A stretch of 64,000 nt of DNA from Candidatus Iainarchaeum sp. (GTDB taxonomy: Archaea; Iainarchaeota; Iainarchaeia; Iainarchaeales; Iainarchaeaceae). Below the pieces are notes generated by a model, which saw nothing but the letters and a program-made list of their open reading frames with translations, had not been told where the DNA came from and searched no databases. The position numbers and the translations under genes are program-made. The stretch spans positions 1-64,000 of the forward strand of contig JBDRLP010000027.1 of assembly GCA_043812975.1 (NCBI GenBank). Reading direction: 5' to 3'. This document shows, one piece after another, positions 1 to 9,446 of this stretch (its first letter is position 1; every line of letters starts with the position of its first letter).

Positions 1-851
1 GAAAATAATGTTGTGAATACCAGCATTACAATAGAAAACATTACAATAAATTCAGGGTCTAGTACTGCTGCATCTCCTGAAGCAAAACCAGATATCGGGC
101 CTAAAGCACTTGACTTTATACTAGCAGGGTCAATAGTCGGAACTGATGCAATTTGGCTGGATAAAACCTGTACAATGAATGAGCTTACTCCGAATAACAT
201 AGGAGCCCCCATAACCGCTGAAAAAAGTATTAAAAGAACATAAATTGAAATATTGGATTTTATCTCGTCTTCCAAAGAAATCTGTTCTTTTAAGTCATCA
301 CTTAGCTGGAATAATAAATCTGCAATCTGGCCTCCGCTTCTTATTCCCTGGGAAATTAACCAGAGAGTTTTGTCAAGTATTCTTGAGCTTATGCCGATGC
401 TAATCATTCTCAAAGCATTCTCGGTTCTTTCTCCGGAAGCAATTCTTTTTGAAGCGTTTTTAAGTTCTAATTGTAAAGGTCCAAACTCTGATCGTCCGGC
501 AACAAATAGCGCTCTTTCTGTTGTTAAACCACTTTTCATATTTGATGCAACAAGTCTTAATGCGTCAGGAAGAATGCTTTCAACAAATTTTCCTTTAGAC
601 TCTGAATTCATTTTCATTAAAAGATATGCAATTCCTATAAACCCAAAAAATGACAATGCAAAAGCGATTAATGGGTTGAATTCAAAAAATACAAAAGCAT
701 TGGCTGCTATTCCTATAGCAAGAAAAAAACCATAAAGAAACAGGAAACCGACAAACTTGTTAACATTTATTTCAAGACCGTTATAAATAAGCTGCTTCTG
801 AAATTCCTGTCTTATTGAATTTGGGATGAATGATGAAATTCTTGTATACAC
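1..851 (-). CDS. Type II secretion system F family / TadC-like pilus platform membrane protein (3' end runs off the window)
   Basis: Open minus-strand frame from GTG at 851 (MYTRISSFIPNSIRQEFQKQLIYNGLEINVNKF..., hydrophobic segments, LPDALRLVASNMKSG motif). It directly follows the second T2SSF gene and is absent from the ORF track because it has no stop in the window. Confidence 0.8.
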   Translation of the reverse strand, partial: MYTRISSFIPNSIRQEFQKQLIYNGLEINVNKFVGFLFLYGFFLAIGIAANAFVFFEFNPLIAFALSFFGFIGIAYLLMKMNSESKGKFVESILPDALRLVASNMKSGLTTERALFVAGRSEFGPLQLELKNASKRIASGERTENALRMISIGISSRILDKTLWLISQGIRSGGQIADLLFQLSDDLKEQISLEDEIKSNISIYVLLILFSAVMGAPMLFGVSSFIVQVLSSQIASVPTIDPASIKSSALGPISGFASGDAAVLDPEFIVMFSIVMLVFTTLF

Positions 852-852
852 T

Positions 853-1740
853 TTAATCACCAAGCAACGTTGGCCTTGATGACTTTATTATTCCTAGGAA
901 CATAAACTGACCAATAGCAATAAACACAAGCATACCCCAAAAAACCTCTTCGCCAATATTAATCTGAGGAAATACTGACAAAATTATCAAAAAAGTAAGG
1001 CCAAGTGAAGGAATTATTGCACCAAGCATCATGTAAAGAAGAGAAAGAAGTTTAAGAGAATTACCATATTTTCTGACCTGATTACTTTTTTCTTTTGAAA
1101 GATCATCAACAAGCGACTGCATTATCTGGCTTACATCAGAACCTGCTTTCAGACCATTAACTAATTGCCAGATTGTTCTTCGAAAATACAGCGAAGGATT
1201 ATTTTCGCCCATTTCTTCAAGAGCAATTTCCTGAAACTTTCCTGTTTCGATTTTTTCAACTGCTTTTTTGAATTCTATACTCACCTGTCCGTTGTCTCCT
1301 TCTGCAACAATATTAATCGCATCAAAAAGAGTTACTCCGGATTTTATTTCAACAAGAATAGTTCTTAATGCAAAAACAAGGTTTCTTTCAATACTTCTTA
1401 CTTTTTTTTTCAGAATAATTTTTGGGTAAAATAATAATTGTACAGCAATCAAAGAACCAAACAAAAAACCCAGTAAAAGAGGGACAGTGAGCATATGTTC
1501 TGGGGCAAGTCTTGAAACAAAGACTGCGGCAATAAGAGTTCCAAAAGCAAAATATAAAACAAACATTAATGCAATTATTGCGCCGTAAGTTTCTTTGCTA
1601 AAATCTATTTCAGCCTGTTGCAATTCTGTTTTCAGAAAAGGAAACATCTGGCTTATTGTGCTTCCTACTCCCCTGAAATGGTTGGCTAAGCCTAAAATTA
1701 TTTTTGACGGAAGCGGACTGAAAGGAATATTCTGAGTCAT
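853..1740 (-). CDS. Type II secretion system F family / TadC-like membrane protein
   Basis: Transmembrane pairs, ALRTILVEIKSGVTLFDAI and FRRTIWQLVNGLKAG motifs typical of T2SSF proteins; downstream of the pilus ATPase. Confidence 0.85.
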   Translation of the reverse strand: MTQNIPFSPLPSKIILGLANHFRGVGSTISQMFPFLKTELQQAEIDFSKETYGAIIALMFVLYFAFGTLIAAVFVSRLAPEHMLTVPLLLGFLFGSLIAVQLLFYPKIILKKKVRSIERNLVFALRTILVEIKSGVTLFDAINIVAEGDNGQVSIEFKKAVEKIETGKFQEIALEEMGENNPSLYFRRTIWQLVNGLKAGSDVSQIMQSLVDDLSKEKSNQVRKYGNSLKLLSLLYMMLGAIIPSLGLTFLIILSVFPQINIGEEVFWGMLVFIAIGQFMFLGIIKSSRPTLLGD

Positions 1741-3242
1741 ATAGAATCAAATTTTTTGTTTTTATTCACAATATCAATAATGTGCTCTGGTTCAATGTAA
1801 TATTTAGCCATTACAATTCCGACATCATTAACTTTATGAACATCATTTTTCACCATCCACTCAAGGATTTTTTTCTTAATAGCAAGATCTGCATTTATTT
1901 CACTATAAGTCATTCCGGTATGCATTGAAAGTTCATCAAACAGCCTTATACTTTCTGCATCCTTTGCAATAACGTCTCCTGAAGGCCTCCACCTGTAAAG
2001 AATGTTAGCTTTTAGAGTTTCTATTGTTCCTCTTTTTTCAGGAATGTACTCTGCAACCTGAAGAACTCTTCTTACTCCTAAACGACGATTCCTGAACATT
2101 ACAACATTCAAGTGAACAGAATCAAGAACACTAGGCGGGATATTTATTGGAGGGTTTATGAAACGTCTTATTGTTTCTTCGGCAGTGTTTGCGTGGAAAG
2201 TAGTGTATACTGAATGACCTGTGTGCATTGCTTCAAACATTACTTCTGCTTCTTTTTGTCTTCTTGTTTCACCGACAATAATTCTGTCTGGCCTCTGCCT
2301 TAAACTATTTACAAGAAGATCTATCATTGCTACTCCGCCCTTACCCTCAGCATTAGGCTCTCTTGTTGTCATTGGAATCCAGTGCAAGTACTCCGGTAAA
2401 GTTAATTCTCTCGTATCTTCAATTGTAAGAATACGATGGTTAGGCTGAATAAACGGAAGACAAATATTCATGAAACTTGTTTTTCCCGAAGCTGTTCCTC
2501 CGGAAAGAATCATGTTTAATTCGTACTGCATACATGTCCAGATAAGAGCCATTATTTCTGAATTAGTGGTTTTATTTTTTATGAAATCTGTCACAGTCCA
2601 CGGGTCACGTCTGAAACGCCTGATGGTTATTGTGTTTCCTTTACTGCTTATAGGGTATAAAGTAGCATTTGCTCTGTCACCTGTAACCAGGTGAGTGTCA
2701 AGTAAAGGATTAAGAATTGTTATTTGTTTTCCGCCACGCCTTGCAATAATATTTGCATAATTCTGAATCTGCTCCTCTGTTTCAACACGGATGTTTGTTT
2801 TCAACCAGCCAAATTCTTTATGATAAATCCAAATAGGATCTTTTGAATTGTTAACAACGATTTCCTCAAGATAGCCATCAGCCAAAAGAAATTCCATTTT
2901 TCCAAGGCCAAGCATTTCATGAAGCAAAATTCCGATTAACGCAGTTTCTGTTTCTTTTTCAATATTAGGAAGCTGAGTTTTGAGTATTTTAGATGCTTTT
3001 TCAGCAAACTGAACTTTCAGCAAATTCAAAAATTTAGGGTCTAATAATTTTTCAGCTTTGATACTGGAATCCATTATAATGCCGTGCTTAAGGTTATCAA
3101 GCAGAGCCTGGGTTCCTTTACCATATTCCGGAATATCCAATAAATAATTTCTTACAAAATCCCCATCTCGATAAACAATCTGAACTCCTACTTTAACTCC
3201 TTCCGATTCAACCTCATACTGTTTCAAAAGTTTATCTGCCAA
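1737..3242 (-). CDS. Type II/IV secretion (pilus assembly) ATPase, TadA/CpaF/FlaI family
   Basis: Walker A GGTASGKT, TIEDTREL Asp box, LRQRPDRIIVGE Walker B, TGH...TFHA His box. Confidence 0.95.
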   Translation of the reverse strand: MADKLLKQYEVESEGVKVGVQIVYRDGDFVRNYLLDIPEYGKGTQALLDNLKHGIIMDSSIKAEKLLDPKFLNLLKVQFAEKASKILKTQLPNIEKETETALIGILLHEMLGLGKMEFLLADGYLEEIVVNNSKDPIWIYHKEFGWLKTNIRVETEEQIQNYANIIARRGGKQITILNPLLDTHLVTGDRANATLYPISSKGNTITIRRFRRDPWTVTDFIKNKTTNSEIMALIWTCMQYELNMILSGGTASGKTSFMNICLPFIQPNHRILTIEDTRELTLPEYLHWIPMTTREPNAEGKGGVAMIDLLVNSLRQRPDRIIVGETRRQKEAEVMFEAMHTGHSVYTTFHANTAEETIRRFINPPINIPPSVLDSVHLNVVMFRNRRLGVRRVLQVAEYIPEKRGTIETLKANILYRWRPSGDVIAKDAESIRLFDELSMHTGMTYSEINADLAIKKKILEWMVKNDVHKVNDVGIVMAKYYIEPEHIIDIVNKNKKFDSI

Positions 3243-3246
3243 TTCA

Positions 3247-5163
3247 TCACCTTTTTTTCTTTTTATTCAGTTTAGCCATATCTAATTTTTCTTTATGATC
3301 AGGAGTCATAACAACCGCATCTCCAATAGGGGAATACAATAATAAAACCTGTTTTTCTTTTTCCAAAAGATTACAGCATTCCTCTACTCTTTTTCTCGGA
3401 ATATTTAGCTCTTTTGCTATTTTTCCCATTTTTGCTTCCTCATTCTTAGAAATATAATTCAAAACTTTATCAAAATCTGTTACAATTCTTTGTTTTTTTA
3501 TTTCTGTTACAATTCCTTTTACTTCCTCTTTCTTTTTCATCGGAGTTGTGAATCGCATTGCTGTTTCGATTTTTTCAGGGTTTAAAGTCTGGTTTGCTTT
3601 CTTTTCTAATTCAAGAATACTGACAAGTTTGTTTACTGATGCAACCAAATCTCCTGTTTCAGTGTTTCCAAGTTTCTTCTCGATTTCATTTTCACTAATA
3701 TTATATTGTTTCATAAGACGTTCTACTTTCCCTTCAAGTTCGCCTAACTTTTGCTCGTCAATTTTTCCCTGTGCTTTTTTCTCTAAAAAAGAATTAATTG
3801 TTTTTGATTCTGGAGCCTTAATTTCCCCTGATTTAACTGATAATCCTTTAATCTCAGGGGTCAAAGTCATATCTGGAGCTTTTACTTTTGTTCTTTTAAG
3901 GTGAACAACCTGCTGTTTTACTTCCGGCGGTTCATGTTCTATCTGGTGAATTTCTTTTTCCGCAACTACTTCCCGGGGTTGGGTAGAAACAGGCCTTATT
4001 GGGACTGTTTTTGCAGAAGCTGTTTTTATCGGGGCTGTTTTTGGTTTTGGTTCAGAAGCACTAGATTTAGAAGGAACAATAACCTTTTGTTTGGAAGTTG
4101 CTGCAGCTGTTTCTGGAGTGCTTTTAGGAGAAACCTCTAAAACTACAGGTCTTTGCTTTGCGATTTTTTCAAGAGCTTCCTGTTGTATTACAAGAAGATT
4201 TTCCAAGTTGTCTGTCTTGGATAATTGTTCAAGACTAACAGGAACAACATGCGGGATTTTTTTCGTTGTTACTGTTAAATCTTTTTTCTGGCTCGCGAGC
4301 TCTTTCTTTTCGATAGAAAGTAAATGTAATTTTTCCCGATAATTAAACATTTTTTCCTTAAACAAATCCTCTTGGATTTTCCTTTTCAGAAAATCACTTT
4401 CCAAATAATTCATAAGATTTTTTGTCTTTTTTATTTCACTATCAACGTCCACTTTAGTACCTTTAAGTTCGTCATAAATAACCCGAACTCCGCTTAAAGC
4501 TTGTTTAGGGCCAATGCTTTGTTGCTCAACCTGCTTTTTTAGTTTTTCAACTTCCTTTCTGAGACTCCTTATTATTTTTCTGTACCCTTCAATTTCTTTT
4601 ACATGAACTAGAGTCTTTGCAGGTTTTGCTTTCTGAGTTTTTTTAGCAACATAATGTTTTTGTTTTCTGAGTTTTTTAATAACAGAAGATTTTGGTTTCT
4701 GAGTTTTTTTAGCAATAGACGGTTTTAACTCAGGGATTTTTTTAACAACAAAAGGCTCTGGCTTCTGTACTTTTTTAGTTACTAAAGGCCCTGGCTTTGT
4801 TTCTGCAACAGATTTTTTTATTTGCTGTTCTGCTTTTTTTACTTCCGTGATTAGTTTTTTGGTTGTATCAGAAACAGGTTTTGCGATTTCCAAAGAAGGC
4901 TGCTGAACCGGTCTTGGTTTTGACTCCTGAACTTTTTTAATTACAGAAGGCTCTGGTTTTTGAGTTTTTTTAATTATAGGGGGCTTTGGCTTTTCGGCTT
5001 TGGAAACAACAACTGGTTTTAGCTTAGGAATTTTTTTAATTATAGTTGGTTTTGGTTCTTCGATTTTAGAAGCAACAATTTTATTTGATTTTTCCTTCAG
5101 CAACAATTTTCTGATTGTTTCAATGATTTCCCGTAAAGCACCCATCTTAATCACTAATTTCAA
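3247..5163 (-). CDS. Large Lys/Pro-rich protein with ~11-aa repeats, coiled coil and C-terminal winged-helix-like segment
   Basis: 638-aa ORF within the pilus operon. It has KPxPxVIKKxQ-like repeats and a C-terminal IVTDFDKVLNYI...IAKELNIPRKRVEECCNLLEKE HTH-like segment. Confidence 0.7.
   Translation of the reverse strand: MKLVIKMGALREIIETIRKLLLKEKSNKIVASKIEEPKPTIIKKIPKLKPVVVSKAEKPKPPIIKKTQKPEPSVIKKVQESKPRPVQQPSLEIAKPVSDTTKKLITEVKKAEQQIKKSVAETKPGPLVTKKVQKPEPFVVKKIPELKPSIAKKTQKPKSSVIKKLRKQKHYVAKKTQKAKPAKTLVHVKEIEGYRKIIRSLRKEVEKLKKQVEQQSIGPKQALSGVRVIYDELKGTKVDVDSEIKKTKNLMNYLESDFLKRKIQEDLFKEKMFNYREKLHLLSIEKKELASQKKDLTVTTKKIPHVVPVSLEQLSKTDNLENLLVIQQEALEKIAKQRPVVLEVSPKSTPETAAATSKQKVIVPSKSSASEPKPKTAPIKTASAKTVPIRPVSTQPREVVAEKEIHQIEHEPPEVKQQVVHLKRTKVKAPDMTLTPEIKGLSVKSGEIKAPESKTINSFLEKKAQGKIDEQKLGELEGKVERLMKQYNISENEIEKKLGNTETGDLVASVNKLVSILELEKKANQTLNPEKIETAMRFTTPMKKKEEVKGIVTEIKKQRIVTDFDKVLNYISKNEEAKMGKIAKELNIPRKRVEECCNLLEKEKQVLLLYSPIGDAVVMTPDHKEKLDMAKLNKKKKR
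4614..5058 (-). repeat. Degenerate 33-bp (11-aa) coding repeats in two blocks
   Basis: EPKPTIIKKIP/KLKPVVVSKAE/KPKPPIIKKTQ/KPEPSVIKKVQ and KPEPFVVKKIP/ELKPSIAKKTQ/KPKSSVIKKLR/KQKHYVAKKTQ. Confidence 0.75.
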
Positions 5164-5198
5164 TGTTTTTAGTGTTTATATTAATATTTATGTAAACT

Positions 5199-6143
5199 TC
5201 AACTCTGCCTCTTTACATTGAAAATACTATTTTCAACAAGAATATTGGCATCAGCAAAATCGAAAGAGGTTATATTAGAATCAAGCTCCAATAAATAAGA
5301 TAATTCAACTGCCTGTCCAGTAAACTCAATACTTGTTAAATCAGTAAAATCTATTGAAATTTGCGGTGAAACACATCCGGCTCCGGAACAACTCAGATTA
5401 ATGGTGCTTGTTTGTGAAGGATCAAAGTGGCCGCTTACACTGGTTTGAGTAAGAATACAACTAGGGCATTCTGAATCATTAAAATTAAGGTTTAGATACG
5501 GGGTATTTTGCTGAGCATTATAATCATCCTGAAAACAGGTTGATGAACCATTAAAATTGCAAACCATTGAATTAAAGTCGTGAATGCTTTTCAGAGAAAT
5601 ATTCAAATCGTGTTTTTTTATTACCATATAATTATAATCAGCACAAACAAACTCAAACATCATTTTATTAGAATCTAGAATTGAATATTTCAGACATTGC
5701 GGCTGAATTTCAAATGAAATATCCCTGTCAGAACCCCCCCATGAATTCGGAATCAACGTGTCTATGTCAACGTTTAAAGAATCAAATTCTTTAGAATAAT
5801 TAGTATCCTCAAGAAAAACTCTAAACGCATTAAGATTTTCCAAATAAGCTTCGATTCTTTCAGCCCTTAAAGGAAGATCTGTTTGAATAGAAAAAGAATT
5901 ATCATCAACAAGATAATTAAACGGAAGAATCCGCTGGTCAATTAATCTTTCCTGTTTGTTTTTTGTTAGAGTTGTAAAATTATTTTTAATATTTGAAAAT
6001 TTATCTGAAACTTTTCTGAATGCATTAACAGTACTTGATGCTTCCTGAAGCCCTGAATTCTGTTTCAAAGATATTTGGTACATGCTGAGTAAAGATCCTA
6101 CTAAAAACAAAATCATTATTGAAAATAATACCCCTTTCCGCAT
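5199..6143 (-). CDS. Secreted Cys-containing pilus-associated protein (minor pilin-like)
   Basis: Likely start MRKG|VLFSIMILFL (class III-like signal) after a GGAGG RBS; several Cys pairs. Confidence 0.65.
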   Translation of the reverse strand: MRKGVLFSIMILFLVGSLLSMYQISLKQNSGLQEASSTVNAFRKVSDKFSNIKNNFTTLTKNKQERLIDQRILPFNYLVDDNSFSIQTDLPLRAERIEAYLENLNAFRVFLEDTNYSKEFDSLNVDIDTLIPNSWGGSDRDISFEIQPQCLKYSILDSNKMMFEFVCADYNYMVIKKHDLNISLKSIHDFNSMVCNFNGSSTCFQDDYNAQQNTPYLNLNFNDSECPSCILTQTSVSGHFDPSQTSTINLSCSGAGCVSPQISIDFTDLTSIEFTGQAVELSYLLELDSNITSFDFADANILVENSIFNVKRQS

Positions 6144-6144
6144 T

Positions 6145-8094
6145 TTAGTTCCTCCACACAGTATAATCAACCACCACAACCTCGGTAGCAGGGCCGCCAA
6201 AACAATTAACAGCATCAATATTCCCAATAGGGCACTCTAAGATTGAATTTTCATCATTGATAACTGAATATATTACTCCTTCCTGGTCAATATTAACAGA
6301 AGTATATGTCTGTGCAAAATCTGAACATCCGGGGGTATCAGCAGAACACAAAGGAGGAACAATCAGCTGTTTAAGTAATAGGCCACTGGGATCCTGATAA
6401 TAAAATTTCAATGAGGTGCTATTCGCATCCAGTTCGCCAACATTATGGACTCTTACATCCAGCAAAATTTCGTTATTCCCAATCACCTCTCCGCCAATAA
6501 TGTTTACATTAAGGTCTCTTACCTTAAACTGAAGAGTTGTTGATGCATTGAAATCTATTACGTGGGAAACCCCGTCAGGGTCAACGTAAGTGAAAGTTGT
6601 TCCAGCGGGAGGAAAAACCAGTTCATTAAGGCCGCAGACATCCACATCATTACATGGAAAAGTAATTATATATCGTATTATGAAAGTTGTTGAGTCTGCT
6701 GTTGAGCCAGTAATATAAACAATATTTTGATCTCCAACAATGATTCCGCCATTTGCATCCACAATGTCCCCCGCATCGATAGGAATAAAAATATTGGAAT
6801 CGCTTGCATAATCAACAAGACGATTAGCAATTAACTTGTAAAGATCACTCAATGAGTTTCCGTCTTCTGCATAATAATATTCTCCACCTGTAGCTGTGGC
6901 AAGGGTTTCCAGTTCAGTGAGACTATTCACATCAGAACCTATTCCTACTGCAAAAATAGTAATATTATTGTCAACTGCTTTTTGAGCTTCCGTAGCCAAG
7001 TCTGTTGATATTGGATCAGATGTATCAGATCCATCAGAAAGCACAACAACAAATTCCCTTGAACTCGGTCTTTCAAAGTCAATCATTGTATCAAGCGCAA
7101 CCTCTACACCTTCTGCAATACTGTTTCCAGAATTATCTATTAAAAGATTTTTTATTCCTTGTTCTGCTGATGACCTGCTTGAAGTAAGATTTCTTATAAC
7201 GGCACCATCTTCACTATACGCCGCAACACCAATACAATCAGTTGTTGAACCTGCCCCAGTACAATTAGAATTTGTCCAATTGGCGCTGTAAAGGAAATCC
7301 ACCATTACATTCTTATCTGTTCCCGGAATAGATGTGTCTTTTGCCGCAGGAAAATCCGCAACCGGCCTGCTCAGATCCATCACGACCATTATTTCAATCG
7401 GCAACCTCAGACTGCTATCAGAAGTAATTGTTAAAGTAACAGTAACATTTTCATCACAAGTAACAAAATCTGAAGGTTCTACAGTAACATTAAAATCAAA
7501 CTCGATTTCATCTTCAGCAAAATATGCCTCAGAATATAATTCGGAAAAGTAAGCAACCCTTTCGTTGTTTTCAACAACCCAGTCAACTAATTCAGTTTCA
7601 CCAGAAAACCCCGCATAAGGAGTATAAGAAATATTACAGTCTCCTGGAGGTTGTTTTCTTAAAAAGAATTTTTTCCCGGAAACAAAATCGCCCTGAGCAG
7701 ATGTTCCTGAAGTACCAATAACTTTATTTGAATCGGGAAAACACGCAGAAAAATTCTGAGAAACTGCACACTGGTCTGCAAATAAAGTATAAAAACTCAC
7801 TGCAACATTCGCATCAAAACCTGAAGGAAGATTGTTTAAAATTTGCTGCCGTATAAGAGGAGCTGCTAGAGAAGCAGGATTATTGTCAATAGTTTCTATC
7901 ATAAAGCCGGTATTTTCAAGAACAAATAAAGTATCATCAACAATAGTGGTGCTTTGGGCCGCGCTTAAAGTAAAATTATTATCAAGCCCAACTAAAAGAA
8001 ATAATGCCCCTGCAAGGATTGCCATAGCAACCAATGCGTCCACTGAAAACACAAAACCAAGACTAGTAGATTTTAAGCGTGGCAGTTGCAACAC
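6145..8094 (-). CDS. Minor pilin/adhesin with vWA domain and C-terminal CARDB/Ig-like domain
   Basis: N-terminal GFVFSVDALVA pilin-like signal; vWA motifs VMDLS, VVVLSDG, IFAVGIG, LATATGGEYYYA; VRVHNVGELDA CARDB-like motif. Confidence 0.8.
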   Translation of the reverse strand: MLQLPRLKSTSLGFVFSVDALVAMAILAGALFLLVGLDNNFTLSAAQSTTIVDDTLFVLENTGFMIETIDNNPASLAAPLIRQQILNNLPSGFDANVAVSFYTLFADQCAVSQNFSACFPDSNKVIGTSGTSAQGDFVSGKKFFLRKQPPGDCNISYTPYAGFSGETELVDWVVENNERVAYFSELYSEAYFAEDEIEFDFNVTVEPSDFVTCDENVTVTLTITSDSSLRLPIEIMVVMDLSRPVADFPAAKDTSIPGTDKNVMVDFLYSANWTNSNCTGAGSTTDCIGVAAYSEDGAVIRNLTSSRSSAEQGIKNLLIDNSGNSIAEGVEVALDTMIDFERPSSREFVVVLSDGSDTSDPISTDLATEAQKAVDNNITIFAVGIGSDVNSLTELETLATATGGEYYYAEDGNSLSDLYKLIANRLVDYASDSNIFIPIDAGDIVDANGGIIVGDQNIVYITGSTADSTTFIIRYIITFPCNDVDVCGLNELVFPPAGTTFTYVDPDGVSHVIDFNASTTLQFKVRDLNVNIIGGEVIGNNEILLDVRVHNVGELDANSTSLKFYYQDPSGLLLKQLIVPPLCSADTPGCSDFAQTYTSVNIDQEGVIYSVINDENSILECPIGNIDAVNCFGGPATEVVVVDYTVWRN

Positions 8095-8548
8095 CTCCTT
8101 TGTAGCTTACAATTCTTTTAACAGCAACCTGATTTACATTCGCATCCGGTTGTATTCCTGAATTAAAGTCATCTATTCCCTGAAACTCAAAATAAAAATC
8201 ATATTCCTCAAACCCAAGACTGCGCCTTAATTCATTATAATTTGAGGAAAAATCCTGAAAAGCAGTAAGTTTTTGCTGTGAAAGATCTCTATCAGTAACA
8301 GCAAGGCCTGTTTTTTTCAAAGAAGTTATTGAAAGAGATTCCCAGGCAGAAGGAATTCCGGGGCTTTTAACTAAATAATCTATTGCTGAATCCGCCTTTA
8401 CAGCCATTACCCTTACATCAGATTCATTTAGTTCTTCTGCAAGCCTAATGTCAAACTGGGTTGTTAAAAAAAGCCAGGCAAAAACAAAAAGCAAAAAACC
8501 CATTGCAAAATCCATTAACACGGCTTGGCCCTTACACGTTCTGAACAC
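8063..8548 (-). CDS. Class III signal peptide protein (pilin-like)
   Basis: KGQ|AVLMDFAMG class III cleavage motif followed by a hydrophobic helix; LVKSPGIP..W motif. Confidence 0.8.
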   Translation of the reverse strand: MFRTCKGQAVLMDFAMGFLLFVFAWLFLTTQFDIRLAEELNESDVRVMAVKADSAIDYLVKSPGIPSAWESLSITSLKKTGLAVTDRDLSQQKLTAFQDFSSNYNELRRSLGFEEYDFYFEFQGIDDFNSGIQPDANVNQVAVKRIVSYKGGVATATLKIY

Positions 8549-8888
8549 TTATAATCCCCTCATTGTTTGCGATTTTTATTGTTCCACGAACCAGATTCTG
8601 ATTAATCGGGTTTCCTTCAAAATAGCAAAAGTAATCATCAAAATTTATTGTGTTTCCTGTGAAAGTTACATCAAAATTAAGAATTGTCTGGATTTCTGCA
8701 TTTTCAGTTGTTTGAAGCATTGAAACAAAACTTTGTAATTCTGCACATTCTGCTTTTTGTGAATTAGTTGTTTCCAAAAAATCCAGTTTAATATTATTAT
8801 TGTTTATTTGTAAAAAAAGAACAACTACCATTAACAAAACTATGACGACTGCAGTAATAACTTCCAGAGAAATTTGGGCATTAACCAA
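8532..8888 (-). CDS. Class III signal peptide protein (pilin-like)
   Basis: NAQ|ISLE motif followed by a hydrophobic stretch. Confidence 0.8.
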   Translation of the reverse strand: MVNAQISLEVITAVVIVLLMVVVLFLQINNNNIKLDFLETTNSQKAECAELQSFVSMLQTTENAEIQTILNFDVTFTGNTINFDDYFCYFEGNPINQNLVRGTIKIANNEGIISVQNV

Positions 8889-9303
8889 CTTGAGTCACCA
8901 CTACATTCCCGTCAACAAAACTAGCTGAAAGTTTTATTCTTCCTGATTGGGTAGGGAGTGTTATGGGGGTAAGGTTAACTTTTGTATAATCAAATATTTG
9001 AGTGTTGTCATTAAAAGCGACAGTAGCACTTTTCCCTGCTAGTGAAAAATACTGCACTTCATAAGGAATATCAACCTTAAAAATGATAGTGCTTCCTTCT
9101 CCAAAAGACGCAACCATATCTGCAGTGTTTGTGATTTCAGAAACTGATTTAACCGCTTTCACAATCTGAGAATTCTGGTTAAAAGAAAAAAAAGCAAACC
9201 CTGCAAGAATCCCAACAATCAGCAACAGAAACCCAGTTATAACCAAATATTCTAATGCAACTTGCCCCCTGTGACTTGTTTTTGCTTGTTTATTTTCAGA
9301 CAT
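8881..9303 (-). CDS. Class III signal peptide protein (pilin)
   Basis: RGQ|VALEY motif followed by a hydrophobic helix; likely start MSENKQ at 9303. Confidence 0.85.
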   Translation of the reverse strand: MSENKQAKTSHRGQVALEYLVITGFLLLIVGILAGFAFFSFNQNSQIVKAVKSVSEITNTADMVASFGEGSTIIFKVDIPYEVQYFSLAGKSATVAFNDNTQIFDYTKVNLTPITLPTQSGRIKLSASFVDGNVVVTQVG

Positions 9304-9446
9304 AAATAAAACCAATAATAACAACACGGGTTCGATATAAAAATTTAGCGAAAACACACCCCAAAATCCGGAAAAAAGGTCTTTTTTGGGCTTTTTTGGG
9401 TTTTGGAAAGATTTTTAGGGGTTTTCAAGCAAATTATGTATTAATT

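Noticed and set aside
13..735. Plus-strand ORFs 13-243 and 253-735, and the many similar short antisense ORFs in the track
   Set aside because: They are shadows of well-supported genes on the opposite strand and have no recognisable motifs.
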